DNA of 46,387 nucleotides from an uncultured virus (IMG/VR IMGVR_UViG_2061766007_000711) (lineage: Duplodnaviria > Heunggongvirae > Uroviricota > Caudoviricetes), in IMG/VR virus record IMGVR_UViG_2061766007_000711; one strand, given 5' to 3'. Positions 20,549 through 29,468 of the stretch are shown here, piece by piece. Made by a program: the position numbers and the translations under genes. Each line of letters starts with the position of its first letter. The first letter of the stretch is position 1. Under the pieces are notes generated by a model. That model was not told the DNA's origin. It saw only the letters and a list, made by a program, of their open reading frames with translations, and did no database searches.

Positions 20549-21651
20549 GCGGCAGCCTCAATAGGGCCAACATATACCCATGTATGCTTTCCGGTGGCCG
20601 GGTTCAGTCTATATCTGTATCCGGCTGCTTTCTTATCCTCATACTGTTTCTTAAGTTTCTCTTTATTTCTCTCGCGATATGCTCGTTGCGTTGCGAGTAC
20701 TTTGTCTTTGTTATTGTTTGCCCAGTTTCTTTTTATCTGGTTGCTTTTTTCTCGATTGTTCTCAACCCATTCTTTACATTTTTGTGCAAAATGCTCCTTA
20801 TTCTCTTCTCGCCATCGTTTCTGGTTGGCAATTACGCGTTCCTTGTTGGCAGCCGTCCATGCTGCACTTGATTTTTTCTTTTGGTCCATATGGGACCGGC
20901 CATAATTTCTTTCCCGTTCTCGACATTTTTCTAAGTTGTTCTGACGATATTCCCTTACTGCTTTGCAACGCTCATCTCGGTTCGCCATGTATCTGGCTTT
21001 AGCTTTTTTACTAAGTATTTCTTTATTTTCGTAGTAGTATTGGCGTTTCTTTGCCAGCTCCTCATCATGATTAGCCGCATAGCGTGCTTTACGTCTAATC
21101 TTGTCTTGCTCTCTATGGAGCTCATATAATTCTTTCCTATATGCTACCGGGTCATCAAATGAATGTGTACGACCTTCGGCATCAATCCTGGCAATAGAGT
21201 CGTGCATGCTGCGAATTTTCGCATATTCACGTTTTCCTAGAATACGTAATACGTCACAATCTTTCGGCAACTTATTAGAAGAGATTTTTTTCCCGACATT
21301 ATACATATGGCAGAATGCCAGGCACATAGAATTCTTTATGGTATCTAATGCGCATTGTGCTGCACAATAATGTGCATACATATGCTCACTATATGACAAC
21401 TTTGCCAAATTGCCGGTGTTGCATTTCTTACTATAACGAGAACAATGATAAAAACTTCTAGGAACAATATGATGCATCTCGGCATATTTCAGTTTACGGT
21501 TGGGAATACCTCGTAGCACAAGGTCTGCGTATTTCCAACACCACTTCGAATCAACATTGAAGCACTTTTTAAAATCTACAGAACGGTCGCCGAGATATGC
21601 AAGTAGTTCAGATAGTCTTCTTTTTGATGCCTTTGGAACAACGAATGCCAT
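20545..21651 (-). CDS. HNH homing endonuclease with long basic helical-repeat tail
   Basis: EMHHIVPRS...GNLAKLSYSEHMYAH; repeated Y/W-x-E-x-N-K/R-E units; markedly AT-rich. Confidence 0.75.
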   Translation of the reverse strand: MAFVVPKASKRRLSELLAYLGDRSVDFKKCFNVDSKWCWKYADLVLRGIPNRKLKYAEMHHIVPRSFYHCSRYSKKCNTGNLAKLSYSEHMYAHYCAAQCALDTIKNSMCLAFCHMYNVGKKISSNKLPKDCDVLRILGKREYAKIRSMHDSIARIDAEGRTHSFDDPVAYRKELYELHREQDKIRRKARYAANHDEELAKKRQYYYENKEILSKKAKARYMANRDERCKAVREYRQNNLEKCRERERNYGRSHMDQKKKSSAAWTAANKERVIANQKRWREENKEHFAQKCKEWVENNREKSNQIKRNWANNNKDKVLATQRAYRERNKEKLKKQYEDKKAAGYRYRLNPATGKHTWVYVGPIEAAA

Positions 21652-21674
21652 TATTATTCCTGAAAAACAAAAAA

Positions 21675-22190
21675 TTATGTCAGTGCATCCCAGTTGGCAG
21701 CCAGTGTTCTGGCCGCTTCTACCGCGAGATTGTCATTGTCTGCACGCTCCTGCTCGCGTTGAGAGATGAGCGTTTCGATGCGGTCGTGGTCGACGACTTC
21801 CGGTGCGGCGTGGCCTTCATCCATGCGTTCGGCGACATCGTGTTCCACCTTCAGGACACCGTCGAGGGTTCCTTCCGGGTACCGCGTGAGGATATTGAAC
21901 CAGTGCTCGTCGGAATTGCCGTATTCGCCTTCGTTCTCGTGGACAGACTTGACGACATCCTGGAACGCCTTGGCGGTCTTTGCGTTAAGGTGGATGGGTT
22001 TCCCGGTGCGGTCGAGGTGAGCGTACGCGATGCGGTCGAGAAGGCCGTAGAGGCACTGCTCGATTGCGGTAACCTGGGTAGTCACCTCCGGAGACAGCTC
22101 CTTCCGGTAGGTCTTCTTGTCGTTCTTTTCGTGGGTGTTGATGGCGTCGATGAGCGTGACGAACTTCTTGAGTGTCTTGAGTGTAATCAT
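21675..22190 (-). CDS. hypothetical protein
   Basis: 171-aa ORF, codon usage matches phage genes. Confidence 0.7.
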   Translation of the reverse strand: MITLKTLKKFVTLIDAINTHEKNDKKTYRKELSPEVTTQVTAIEQCLYGLLDRIAYAHLDRTGKPIHLNAKTAKAFQDVVKSVHENEGEYGNSDEHWFNILTRYPEGTLDGVLKVEHDVAERMDEGHAAPEVVDHDRIETLISQREQERADNDNLAVEAARTLAANWDALT

Positions 22191-22229
22191 GATATGCCTG
22201 GAAAATTGAAAAATTAAAATTGTATTGGA

Positions 22230-22352
22230 CTATTTGCGCTCGGCGTGGTCGTCGCCGAGATATAGGATTAGGGAAAGCATCCCGACCGTGAAGCCGGATG
22301 CGAACGCGAGCGCTATGACGAGCACCATGAGCGCGATGGATTCGCCTTCCAT
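22230..22352 (-). CDS. small membrane protein (40 aa)
   Basis: GGAGG RBS; IALMVLVIALAFASGFTVGMLSLILYL. Confidence 0.55.
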   Translation of the reverse strand: MEGESIALMVLVIALAFASGFTVGMLSLILYLGDDHAERK

Positions 22353-22386
22353 TGTGGTATCCTCCTGTATTGGAAATGAAGGCCCA

Positions 22387-23172
22387 TTACAGGGCCTGGT
22401 CGATGCACCAGTCACGGTCCGAGTCGAGGGCCGCGTGGAGCTTTTCCAGTGCCTTCTTGCGGCGGCGTGCGAGGATTTCCTTGCTGCTGCCGATGTGGCG
22501 TGCAAGGGAGCTCACGCTCCAGGGCTTGCTGCCGGGATTGCCGTCGGCTTCCGGTTCGCATTCGAGGAAGCACTTGGAGACGACGTAGGCCTCCTCGCGG
22601 TCGAGCACCGCCAGGAGTCTCCCGGTGATGTCGCGGTATTCCCCCTGGAGGGATTCCTCGTAGATGTCGGCAGCGTCGTCCCCGCCCTTCATCACGTCGA
22701 AGAGGCAGGTCTTCTCGTCGCCGTCCTGGATGGGGGCGTAGCCGGACTCGATGGAGGCGAGTTCCGCACGCTTCCCGTCCTTCTCGAAGTTTTCCGGGAG
22801 GCGCACGAGGTTGTCGCCGTACATCTCCTTGTTCATGGCGCTCATGGCGTGGAAGCACAGGAACGTCCAGAAGCGCTTTCCGCGTGCGGGCTCGAAGAGC
22901 TCGATTGCGCGGTCCATGATGGCGAGGACGCTGGACACGAGCTCGGCGCTGTTGCCCTTGAAGATGTTGTACTTGGTCTTGCTGGCCATGTCGATGAGGG
23001 CGGGAAGCTGTTTCTCGAAGAGGAGGTTACGCGCCTTCACGTTCCCGCGCTTGGCTAGGGCGATGTAGGCGAGTTCGACTTCGGGGGTGCTGATTATCGC
23101 CCTTGCTCTGTTGTAGGCTGCACGTACTTCGTTCTTGAACACATCTGTGGTCAATTCCATTTTGGTCTCCAT
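22387..23172 (-). CDS. divergent sigma70-family RNA polymerase sigma factor
   Basis: region 1.2/2.1 ELAYIALAKRGNVKARNLLFEKQL, region 2.2-2.4 RAIELFEPARGKRFWTF...VRLP, region 4 LAVLDREEAYVV...SVSSLARHIGSSKEILARRRKKALEKLH. Confidence 0.8.
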   Translation of the reverse strand: METKMELTTDVFKNEVRAAYNRARAIISTPEVELAYIALAKRGNVKARNLLFEKQLPALIDMASKTKYNIFKGNSAELVSSVLAIMDRAIELFEPARGKRFWTFLCFHAMSAMNKEMYGDNLVRLPENFEKDGKRAELASIESGYAPIQDGDEKTCLFDVMKGGDDAADIYEESLQGEYRDITGRLLAVLDREEAYVVSKCFLECEPEADGNPGSKPWSVSSLARHIGSSKEILARRRKKALEKLHAALDSDRDWCIDQAL

Positions 23173-23229
23173 TGTGTAGTGTCGATGGTGGTTGTATCGT
23201 TTGTTGTAAATGCCGATTACCGGCTCGTT

Positions 23230-23302
23230 AAATATAACTTATTTTTTCGGTACGGAAAGGTGTTTGAAATGTTTTTTACGCAAAAAGTTTTTTACATAAA
23301 AA
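23230..23302 (-). promoter_or_regulatory. host-type TATATTT promoter of the sigma gene with two upstream palindromic boxes
   Basis: AAATATA at 23230-23236; tandem GTTTTTTACGCAAAAA / GTTTTTTACATAAAAA at 23271-23302. Confidence 0.5.
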
Positions 23303-23317
23303 ATGTATGACACTGTC

Positions 23318-23917
23318 CTACAGGACGAACATCTCGGGCTTCTCCGCACGCATGGACACGACCCCGCGGTTGCTAATCACGATGCTGTCGAGGAGGCGGA
23401 TTCCGACGATGCGGCCGGACTCGATGAGCTGTTCGGTGAACTCGTAGTCGCCGTCGCTGAACCTGGCGCTCCCGCTCGGGTGGTTGTGCGCGATTATTAC
23501 GCTGCGTGCGCCGTCGGCAATCGCGAGCTGGTATACCGCGCCCGGGTCTACCGATGCGCGGGATGCGGAACCGGCCGCACACTCGTGGCGCTTGATGAGG
23601 GTGTTGTCCGACGCCACGGTGAGCACCACGACGTGTTCCGTGCGGGCGTTCTTCAGGTCGCTGAGGTAAGCGGCCACGAGGCCGGGGTTGCCGACCTTGA
23701 TGGGCATGGTGTCGAGCAGGAACATGAAGGACATGCGCGCCGACGCCACAATCTTTTCAGCCATGCCGTTGCTCACGCGCAGGGCCGACACGACCTCCTC
23801 CGCCGTCGGGAGCTCGCGGCAGCGGGCGAGATACGCCACTGCGCACTCGGCGAGGCTCCTGGGGCAGTTGCGGCCCCCGAGGAGGATTCGCATTGTTTCT
23901 ACTGCTTCGTTGTTCAT
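23318..23917 (-). CDS. radC: RadC-like JAB-domain protein
   Basis: EHVVVL, AHNHPSG-x3-FSDGD, GIRLLDSIVI. Confidence 0.85.
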   Translation of the reverse strand: MNNEAVETMRILLGGRNCPRSLAECAVAYLARCRELPTAEEVVSALRVSNGMAEKIVASARMSFMFLLDTMPIKVGNPGLVAAYLSDLKNARTEHVVVLTVASDNTLIKRHECAAGSASRASVDPGAVYQLAIADGARSVIIAHNHPSGSARFSDGDYEFTEQLIESGRIVGIRLLDSIVISNRGVVSMRAEKPEMFVL

Positions 23918-23958
23918 GGTTGTTTCTCCGTTGTTGAAAAATCAAAATTTAAAATTGC

Positions 23959-25107
23959 CTACGCCTTGACGAATTCCCTGACCTGTTCCGGGGTGACCAT
24001 GCACCCGTGGAGTCTCAGCGGTACGTCCCCGTCCGGGCCGACGTAGAGCATGTCACCGCGCCCGCAGAGCGACTCCGCGCCCGGTCGGTCGATGATTACC
24101 TGCGAGTCGGTGCGCGAGGACACCTTGAGGGCGATTCGTGTGGACAGGTTTGCCTTCAGGGCTCCCCTGATTACGTCCACGGAAGGCCTCTGCGTGGCGA
24201 GCACGAGGTGGATGCCGGTGCTCCTTGCCTTGGCGGCGAGGATTGACAGCGGCTTCTCCGCGTCCGGGTAGTTCATGAGGAGGTCGTAGAACTCGTCCAC
24301 GACAACCACGCGGTACGGGATGTGGCCGTGCTCGGAATAGCCGAGCTTGTACTGGCGGAGGTTGGATACGCCGTAGTGGCGGAACACGCCCATGCGGTAG
24401 TTCATATCTGCGACGAGGTCATTGAGCAGCGGAACCGCGTCCTCGGACTTGCCGACCCTGGGCTCGTATGCCCCGCTGGGGCCGAGGACGACGCACGGGT
24501 GGCCGTCGAAGTCGTTGAACTCGGTTCCCTTGGGGTCGACTATCGACACCACGCACTCGTTCTCGTCGTAGTTGTCGAGGAGCCCGCAGATGAGGCTGTT
24601 GAGGAAGACGGTCTTGCCGCTACCGGACTGTCCGGCGACAAGCATGTGCGGGGCCGTGGCCACGTCGATGCTGTACGGGTTGCCCGAGGTGTCCACCCCG
24701 AGGCACACGCGCAGGCCGTTGGCCGCGGCGTTGCCGGGAACCACCGGGATTACCGACGTGGCCGGCACGGCGATTCGCTTGGCGTTCGGTATCTCGATTG
24801 CGAGCGACACCGAGCCCTTCCAGTTGGTCTCCCCGATGAACACCTTGCTGGCGCCCACCCCGAGACGGATGCCGAGGTCGCGGCGGAGGTTCTCCACCTT
24901 GTTCACGTGGTCGGTGTCCTTGAGCAGGGACACGATGTACTTGGTCACCACCGGGCCGTGCTCCACCCCGTCTACGCGGAGGGAGACCCCGTTCAGGCGG
25001 AAGAAGTCCTCGATGCGGGTGCCGAGGGCACCGCCCTCGAACGCGGGCATACCGACGTTGTCGAGCCCGGCGAAGAATCTTTTCGGCTGTGGAATGTAGT
25101 TGTACAT
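23959..25107 (-). CDS. FtsK/SpoIIIE motor-domain ATPase (alpha+beta domains only)
   Basis: GPVVTKY, IEIPN, PHMLVAGQSGSGKT, IVDPK, VVVDEF, ARSTGIHLVLATQRPS, GAESLCGRGDML; no TM segment or gamma domain. Confidence 0.9.
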   Translation of the reverse strand: MYNYIPQPKRFFAGLDNVGMPAFEGGALGTRIEDFFRLNGVSLRVDGVEHGPVVTKYIVSLLKDTDHVNKVENLRRDLGIRLGVGASKVFIGETNWKGSVSLAIEIPNAKRIAVPATSVIPVVPGNAAANGLRVCLGVDTSGNPYSIDVATAPHMLVAGQSGSGKTVFLNSLICGLLDNYDENECVVSIVDPKGTEFNDFDGHPCVVLGPSGAYEPRVGKSEDAVPLLNDLVADMNYRMGVFRHYGVSNLRQYKLGYSEHGHIPYRVVVVDEFYDLLMNYPDAEKPLSILAAKARSTGIHLVLATQRPSVDVIRGALKANLSTRIALKVSSRTDSQVIIDRPGAESLCGRGDMLYVGPDGDVPLRLHGCMVTPEQVREFVKA

Positions 25108-25167
25108 GGTGCTGTCTCCGTTAGTCAAAAGTCAAAAGTTAAAAATCGAAAAATTAAAAATCAAAAA

Positions 25168-25815
25168 TCAAAATCCGTCCCATCCCGCGTACTCCTCCAC
25201 CTCGGTATGGTGCTCGGAGCCGGGGCCCTCTGCGGTGCCAATCCAGTAGTTGAGCTGCTTCCTGTAGCGGTCTCCCCCGCACCTGTCCACGAGCTCCTTC
25301 TGCTTGACGAGGGCGAAGTCTATGAGCGCACCGTTCCGGAAGTAGGGACTCGCGTCCTCGCTCGCCCGGAAGGTCTTCGCGGCCACCACGTCCATACGCC
25401 CGTACTGCGCCACGGTCACGATGATGTCGGGGCAGTAGGCGACGTGGTCGGTGGTGAGCATCGGACCGCCGCCTGGAACCGCTATGTCGTACCCGCAGAC
25501 GAACCCGAGGCACTTCCCCTCCATCCGGTCAATCATGACGCTGTGGATGTGCCTGACGGTCACGCCGGGGCAGTAGTAGGCGTCCATGCGCTCGTCGTAG
25601 CGTGCGGGGAAGTCCAGGTCGCCCAGGTAGGAGCACATGGCCTTCCCGCCGTCCTTGTACAGTCGCGCCTGGGACGCGTCGAGGTACCACGCCGTGCCTC
25701 CCCTGAACGGGTTCACGCTGAAAGTGAACTTGTCCGGGAGCCCCGGCACTTTCGCGCCGAAGAGCATGGTGGCCGACAGCGTCGCGCCGAAAATAATCCT
25801 GCTTGCTCTGTTCAT
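25168..25815 (-). CDS. hypothetical exported protein
   Basis: signal-peptide-like MNRASRIIFGATLSATMLFGA; GGAGG RBS. Confidence 0.65.
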   Translation of the reverse strand: MNRASRIIFGATLSATMLFGAKVPGLPDKFTFSVNPFRGGTAWYLDASQARLYKDGGKAMCSYLGDLDFPARYDERMDAYYCPGVTVRHIHSVMIDRMEGKCLGFVCGYDIAVPGGGPMLTTDHVAYCPDIIVTVAQYGRMDVVAAKTFRASEDASPYFRNGALIDFALVKQKELVDRCGGDRYRKQLNYWIGTAEGPGSEHHTEVEEYAGWDGF

Positions 25816-25825
25816 GGCTTCCTCC

Positions 25826-26161
25826 CTAGTATCCGTAGATTGTCTTCCTGAGCTCCAGGTAGGCCCTGGTGGCCTCCACGGCGCCTTTCCAGCGCTTCGT
25901 GGTGGGCACCTCCACCTCGCGGAGCTTCCCGTCCTCGCGCCACTGCAGGGACACGTACGCCTCCTGCATCAGCTTGTCGTCCAGGTCGAGGTACATCGCG
26001 CTCAAGACCCTGACACCTGCCGTGTCCAGGGGTATGCCGGCCTTGCGGAAGAACGTCTCGCGTTCCCCCTCGCTCTCGAACGAGAGGAGGACGCTAATCC
26101 TGTACTTCGAACCCGTGCTTCTCTGCAGCGGGAGCCTTCCCCTAATCTTGTCGAGTCTCAT
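25826..26161 (-). CDS. hypothetical protein
   Basis: AAGGAG RBS, first gene after GC element copy 1. Confidence 0.65.
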   Translation of the reverse strand: MRLDKIRGRLPLQRSTGSKYRISVLLSFESEGERETFFRKAGIPLDTAGVRVLSAMYLDLDDKLMQEAYVSLQWREDGKLREVEVPTTKRWKGAVEATRAYLELRKTIYGY

Positions 26162-27507
26162 GGTCGAATCTCCTTTCCTGTGAGGTGTATCTCTTTGTTT
26201 CTGTCCCGGTCTTGCGACCGTCTGGGCCCTCCCCGTCGTCCCCCGGGGAGCACGGTGGTGGCAATGACAAATTCAAAGCGGAAACCGCGTGTGGTTTTCT
26301 TTCCCGGAACGTGTCTGCATATAGCGCTCACCTGTGGATGCTTCACCCCGATATGCCGGGCGGCATCGGCGATGGAGTCGTGTATCATCACCAGGTTTCC
26401 TTCTAGGTCGTATTGTGCCACCTTCTTTGCTATGTTTTCCCCGGGAGGGAACCACTCGTCGATATATCCTGCCTTCCGGCAAATTTCATAGGCCGCCTTG
26501 GAACCGTGCATGAAGGCGTTTCTGGAGTCGTATTTCATTGCCTCCTCGTGGAGTTCATCCTTGCTCATGTTGCTCCATGTTCCTGCCGGAGCTCTTTGTT
26601 TCTTTAGCCAGGTGCACTCCGAGTACCAATCTTTATTGTGCAACAGGGCATTGTATACGCTCATGTCGTTCTTCACGAGCTCTGACACTGTACTGTACTT
26701 CTTTGCCACTTCCAGGCAGTATTCCTTGGTGCGCTTTCCGGCAGCCAGGCCCCCGAGGCTTCCGCCGGGAGCGCTGTTCAGGAGTACCCATCCTTCCGAC
26801 GAATATTTCTCCATGGTCAGGCATTCCAGCTCGGCACCCTCCATGGGGGTGATTCCGTCCCTGATTACTACCGGGTAGGGTACCGGGACTCCCGAGGCCA
26901 TGGCGAACTCGTACACGGGGTCCCCGGGTTTCCTGTGGCTTGTGTCCCTTCTCCTTGGTTCTACCGTGCGTCCGACATATACCCGGTTTTGTTCCGGGAA
27001 CTCGTAAGCGTATACCATGTCCTTGAAACCACGGCTTATTATTTCCTCTTTCCTGGAAAGCCAAGTGAACCCTGGGAGAAGGCCGCGTCGCCATGCCATG
27101 TGCCACATGTGAGGGTCCTTTGTGCGGAAATCCTTGCCAGTGGAGTACTTCATGGCAGCGGCGGTCACCTCCTCGTCGGACACCTTCCTGGTGAGTTCCC
27201 CGCGTGAAAGGAACCACGTGTAGTCCTTCATCCACCCGTTTTTACGGGATAGCTTCCAGGCGGTGTGATAACGCCTCTTGAACTCGGACCTTCCCTTGCA
27301 CTCGCTGGCCAGTTCGAAACACTTCTCCCTGGTGAAGAAACCGGGGGGAGTCGTCTTTCTGTCGAACACGCGGTCCAGGATGCCGTATTTCTTGGCAGAC
27401 TGATAGCATGAGCTGTCGGCCTTGGCGAACTCCGCTATGCTATCATACTTTCGAGCCTCCTTCATACAGAAGGACTTCGTGAGTCTACGTCCACATGTGT
27501 ATCCCAT
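26158..27507 (-). CDS. GIY-YIG homing endonuclease with tandem helical repeats and NUMOD1-like C-terminal domain
   Basis: MVYAYEF...VYVGRT...RRRDTSH, ELE, LLN; repeated A-x-KY-x-S/T units; KKVAQYDLEGNLVMIHDSIADAARHIG...GFRFEF. Confidence 0.75.
   Translation of the reverse strand: MGYTCGRRLTKSFCMKEARKYDSIAEFAKADSSCYQSAKKYGILDRVFDRKTTPPGFFTREKCFELASECKGRSEFKRRYHTAWKLSRKNGWMKDYTWFLSRGELTRKVSDEEVTAAAMKYSTGKDFRTKDPHMWHMAWRRGLLPGFTWLSRKEEIISRGFKDMVYAYEFPEQNRVYVGRTVEPRRRDTSHRKPGDPVYEFAMASGVPVPYPVVIRDGITPMEGAELECLTMEKYSSEGWVLLNSAPGGSLGGLAAGKRTKEYCLEVAKKYSTVSELVKNDMSVYNALLHNKDWYSECTWLKKQRAPAGTWSNMSKDELHEEAMKYDSRNAFMHGSKAAYEICRKAGYIDEWFPPGENIAKKVAQYDLEGNLVMIHDSIADAARHIGVKHPQVSAICRHVPGKKTTRGFRFEFVIATTVLPGGRRGGPRRSQDRDRNKEIHLTGKEIRP
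26212..26257 (-). promoter_or_regulatory. GC-rich element copy 1 (putative phage promoter)
   Basis: TTGCGAC-N16-GTCGTCCCCCGGG-N3-CACGGTG on + strand. Confidence 0.7.
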
Positions 27508-27508
27508 G

Positions 27509-27730
27509 TTACAACCCCTCCCACTTGTCCATGTTGATGATTTTTAGTGAGCCCAGTATTCCACAGAATATGATGAATCCGAATATCCACGCAAAACCAG
27601 CCCATGGTCCAAAGTGTGCCATGGCAACAAACGCCCCGATTGTGTCTACTGTCCAGAAGAGTATTCCCTTGGTAGCCCAGACGAGAAATGCGGATACGGT
27701 CAAAACGCCTATCAATATAAGCAGTCCCAT
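27509..27730 (-). CDS. small membrane protein
   Basis: AAGGAG RBS; 73 aa, strongly hydrophobic. Confidence 0.65.
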   Translation of the reverse strand: MGLLILIGVLTVSAFLVWATKGILFWTVDTIGAFVAMAHFGPWAGFAWIFGFIIFCGILGSLKIINMDKWEGL

Positions 27731-27790
27731 ATACTATCTCCTTATCTTGGTATTGAGTTTCATGATAGCTTTCCTTTGCCCGTCCCGGTC

Positions 27791-27836
27791 TTGCGACCGT
27801 CTGGGCCCTCCCCGTCGTCCCCCGGGGAGCACGGTG
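27791..27836 (-). promoter_or_regulatory. GC-rich element copy 2
   Basis: same consensus; 27782-27842 identical to 26203-26263. Confidence 0.7.
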
Positions 27837-27910
27837 GTGGCACCCCGGAATACGCCGGAAGTCCCCGGGTTCTTCCCCGGGGACTCCCCAAACATGGCAA
27901 AACCAGTCCG

Positions 27911-28278
27911 CTACAGCAGCTCGCACTCTACCGGGACGAGCTCCCCGTAGTCCTTCTGCTCGTAGCCGTACTTCGCGATTCTGGCCAGGTATTCCTCCTC
28001 GCCGTACTGCATCGACCAGCTAGACCCGAAACGGGCCATGAACAGGTCACGGGCGACATCGTACGCGTCCGGGGTGTCCGGGACGCTTACCGTGGCCACN
28101 NNNNNNNNNACAGGTATTCCTCCTCGCCGTACTGCATCGACCAGCTCGTCCCGAAACGGGCCATGAACAGGTCGCGGGCGACATCGTACGCGTCCGGGGT
28201 GTCCGGGACGCTTACCGTGGCCACCACGCGGGAGTAGGTGGGGTGGCCCACGCCGAAGGTGAAATAGAATGTCTTCAT
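27911..28278 (-). CDS. hypothetical protein (MKTFYFTFGVGH...)
   Basis: AAGGAG RBS; internal gap duplication. Confidence 0.6.
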
Positions 28279-28308
28279 AGTATTCTCCTTGTATTTGAGG
28301 GGTTCTAC

Positions 28309-28893
28309 CTAGTTATCGCTTCTGCGGTCGAGATTGTCAATGGAAAATCCCAGGATATTCCGCTTGTCGCAGAACTCCCGGAGTTCCCCGGTCAACTTCT
28401 CGAGGCGCTTCTTCTCCCAGTCCGCGAGTCCGTAGGTGTACGGGTCGATGAAGACCTTCTCCACCTCGGCCTTCACGTCAAAGGTATCGGCTTCCTTTCC
28501 ATCATAGTTCACGTCCACTACCGGGATGGGCGCACCGCCCGGCTGGCGGTCGCGGTGCCCCTCCTCGTAGGAGAACAGCCTGATGCGGATTTCCGGGGTG
28601 GTTGTTGTGTAGAGCTGGATGTAGTTCTCCATGCCGCGTGCCTCCTTGCGCCACGAGTCGACGCGGAAGGTTACGGTGATGTAAAGGCCGTTCCCGTCGG
28701 AGCGCCCGGCGCGTTGCGTGTGCACGCGCATGCCCAGCTCATGGGACAGGGCCTCGGCCACTGCAAGGTCGAACTCCCAGATTACCCTGGCGGCGTCTTC
28801 AAGGTGCAGGATTTGGGAGAATGTCATCTTGTCGATGATTCCCGCCATCTGTGGGCGGGTCACTTCCAAAGAGAATGTCTGTTCGTCTGCCAT
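28309..28893 (-). CDS. hypothetical protein
   Basis: AAGGAG RBS, 194 aa. Confidence 0.7.
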   Translation of the reverse strand: MADEQTFSLEVTRPQMAGIIDKMTFSQILHLEDAARVIWEFDLAVAEALSHELGMRVHTQRAGRSDGNGLYITVTFRVDSWRKEARGMENYIQLYTTTTPEIRIRLFSYEEGHRDRQPGGAPIPVVDVNYDGKEADTFDVKAEVEKVFIDPYTYGLADWEKKRLEKLTGELREFCDKRNILGFSIDNLDRRSDN

Positions 28894-28911
28894 ATAGTGG
28901 TCTCCTTTGAC

Positions 28912-29466
28912 TTACCTGGGGGTGACCTGGATGTTCCTTATACCGGCATTCGCTTCGCCGTCGGTACGGCCGGGTTCACAGTCGATTGGCTTGTCGGCAA
29001 ATCTGAAGTTACCCAGTGTTCCGCCAACTTCCTCGGCAGCTTCCTTGTATATTCTTTCAAACAATTCCCGGGTAAGCCGTTTGCATACCGCGTCACGCAG
29101 GGGGAATGAATTGTATTCAAGATTGATTACNNNNNNNNNNTTGTTAAGTCGCTTGCATACCGCGTCACGCAGGGGGAATGAATTGTATTCAAGATTGATT
29201 ACCGTGTATGGGCCATTGGAGTATCCCTTAACTATCTTGTCAAGGAGTTCCTTCACGGAGTCAGTGGGGGACTTGGTGAGTCTCATCTCCTTGAACACGG
29301 CGATAGTGAACAGCACCCACCCGGCGGCCACCGAGTAAACCCCGGCGAACGCCAGCCAGCTGAAGCCCACGGCCACGGAGAGGATTCCCGTGCCGAGAAG
29401 CACGGCAAGGAACCCGGCGACGTAGAACGCGAGCGATGCCTTGTTGAATCCGAATCTTTTCATCAT
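28912..29466 (-). CDS. hypothetical protein with two N-terminal TM helices
   Basis: hydrophobic N-terminus; gap duplication inside. Confidence 0.6.
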   Translation of the reverse strand: MMKRFGFNKASLAFYVAGFLAVLLGTGILSVAVGFSWLAFAGVYSVAAGWVLFTIAVFKEMRLTKSPTDSVKELLDKIVKGYSNGPYTVINLEYNSFPLRDAVCKRLNXXXXVINLEYNSFPLRDAVCKRLTRELFERIYKEAAEEVGGTLGNFRFADKPIDCEPGRTDGEANAGIRNIQVTPR

Positions 29467-29468
29467 GC

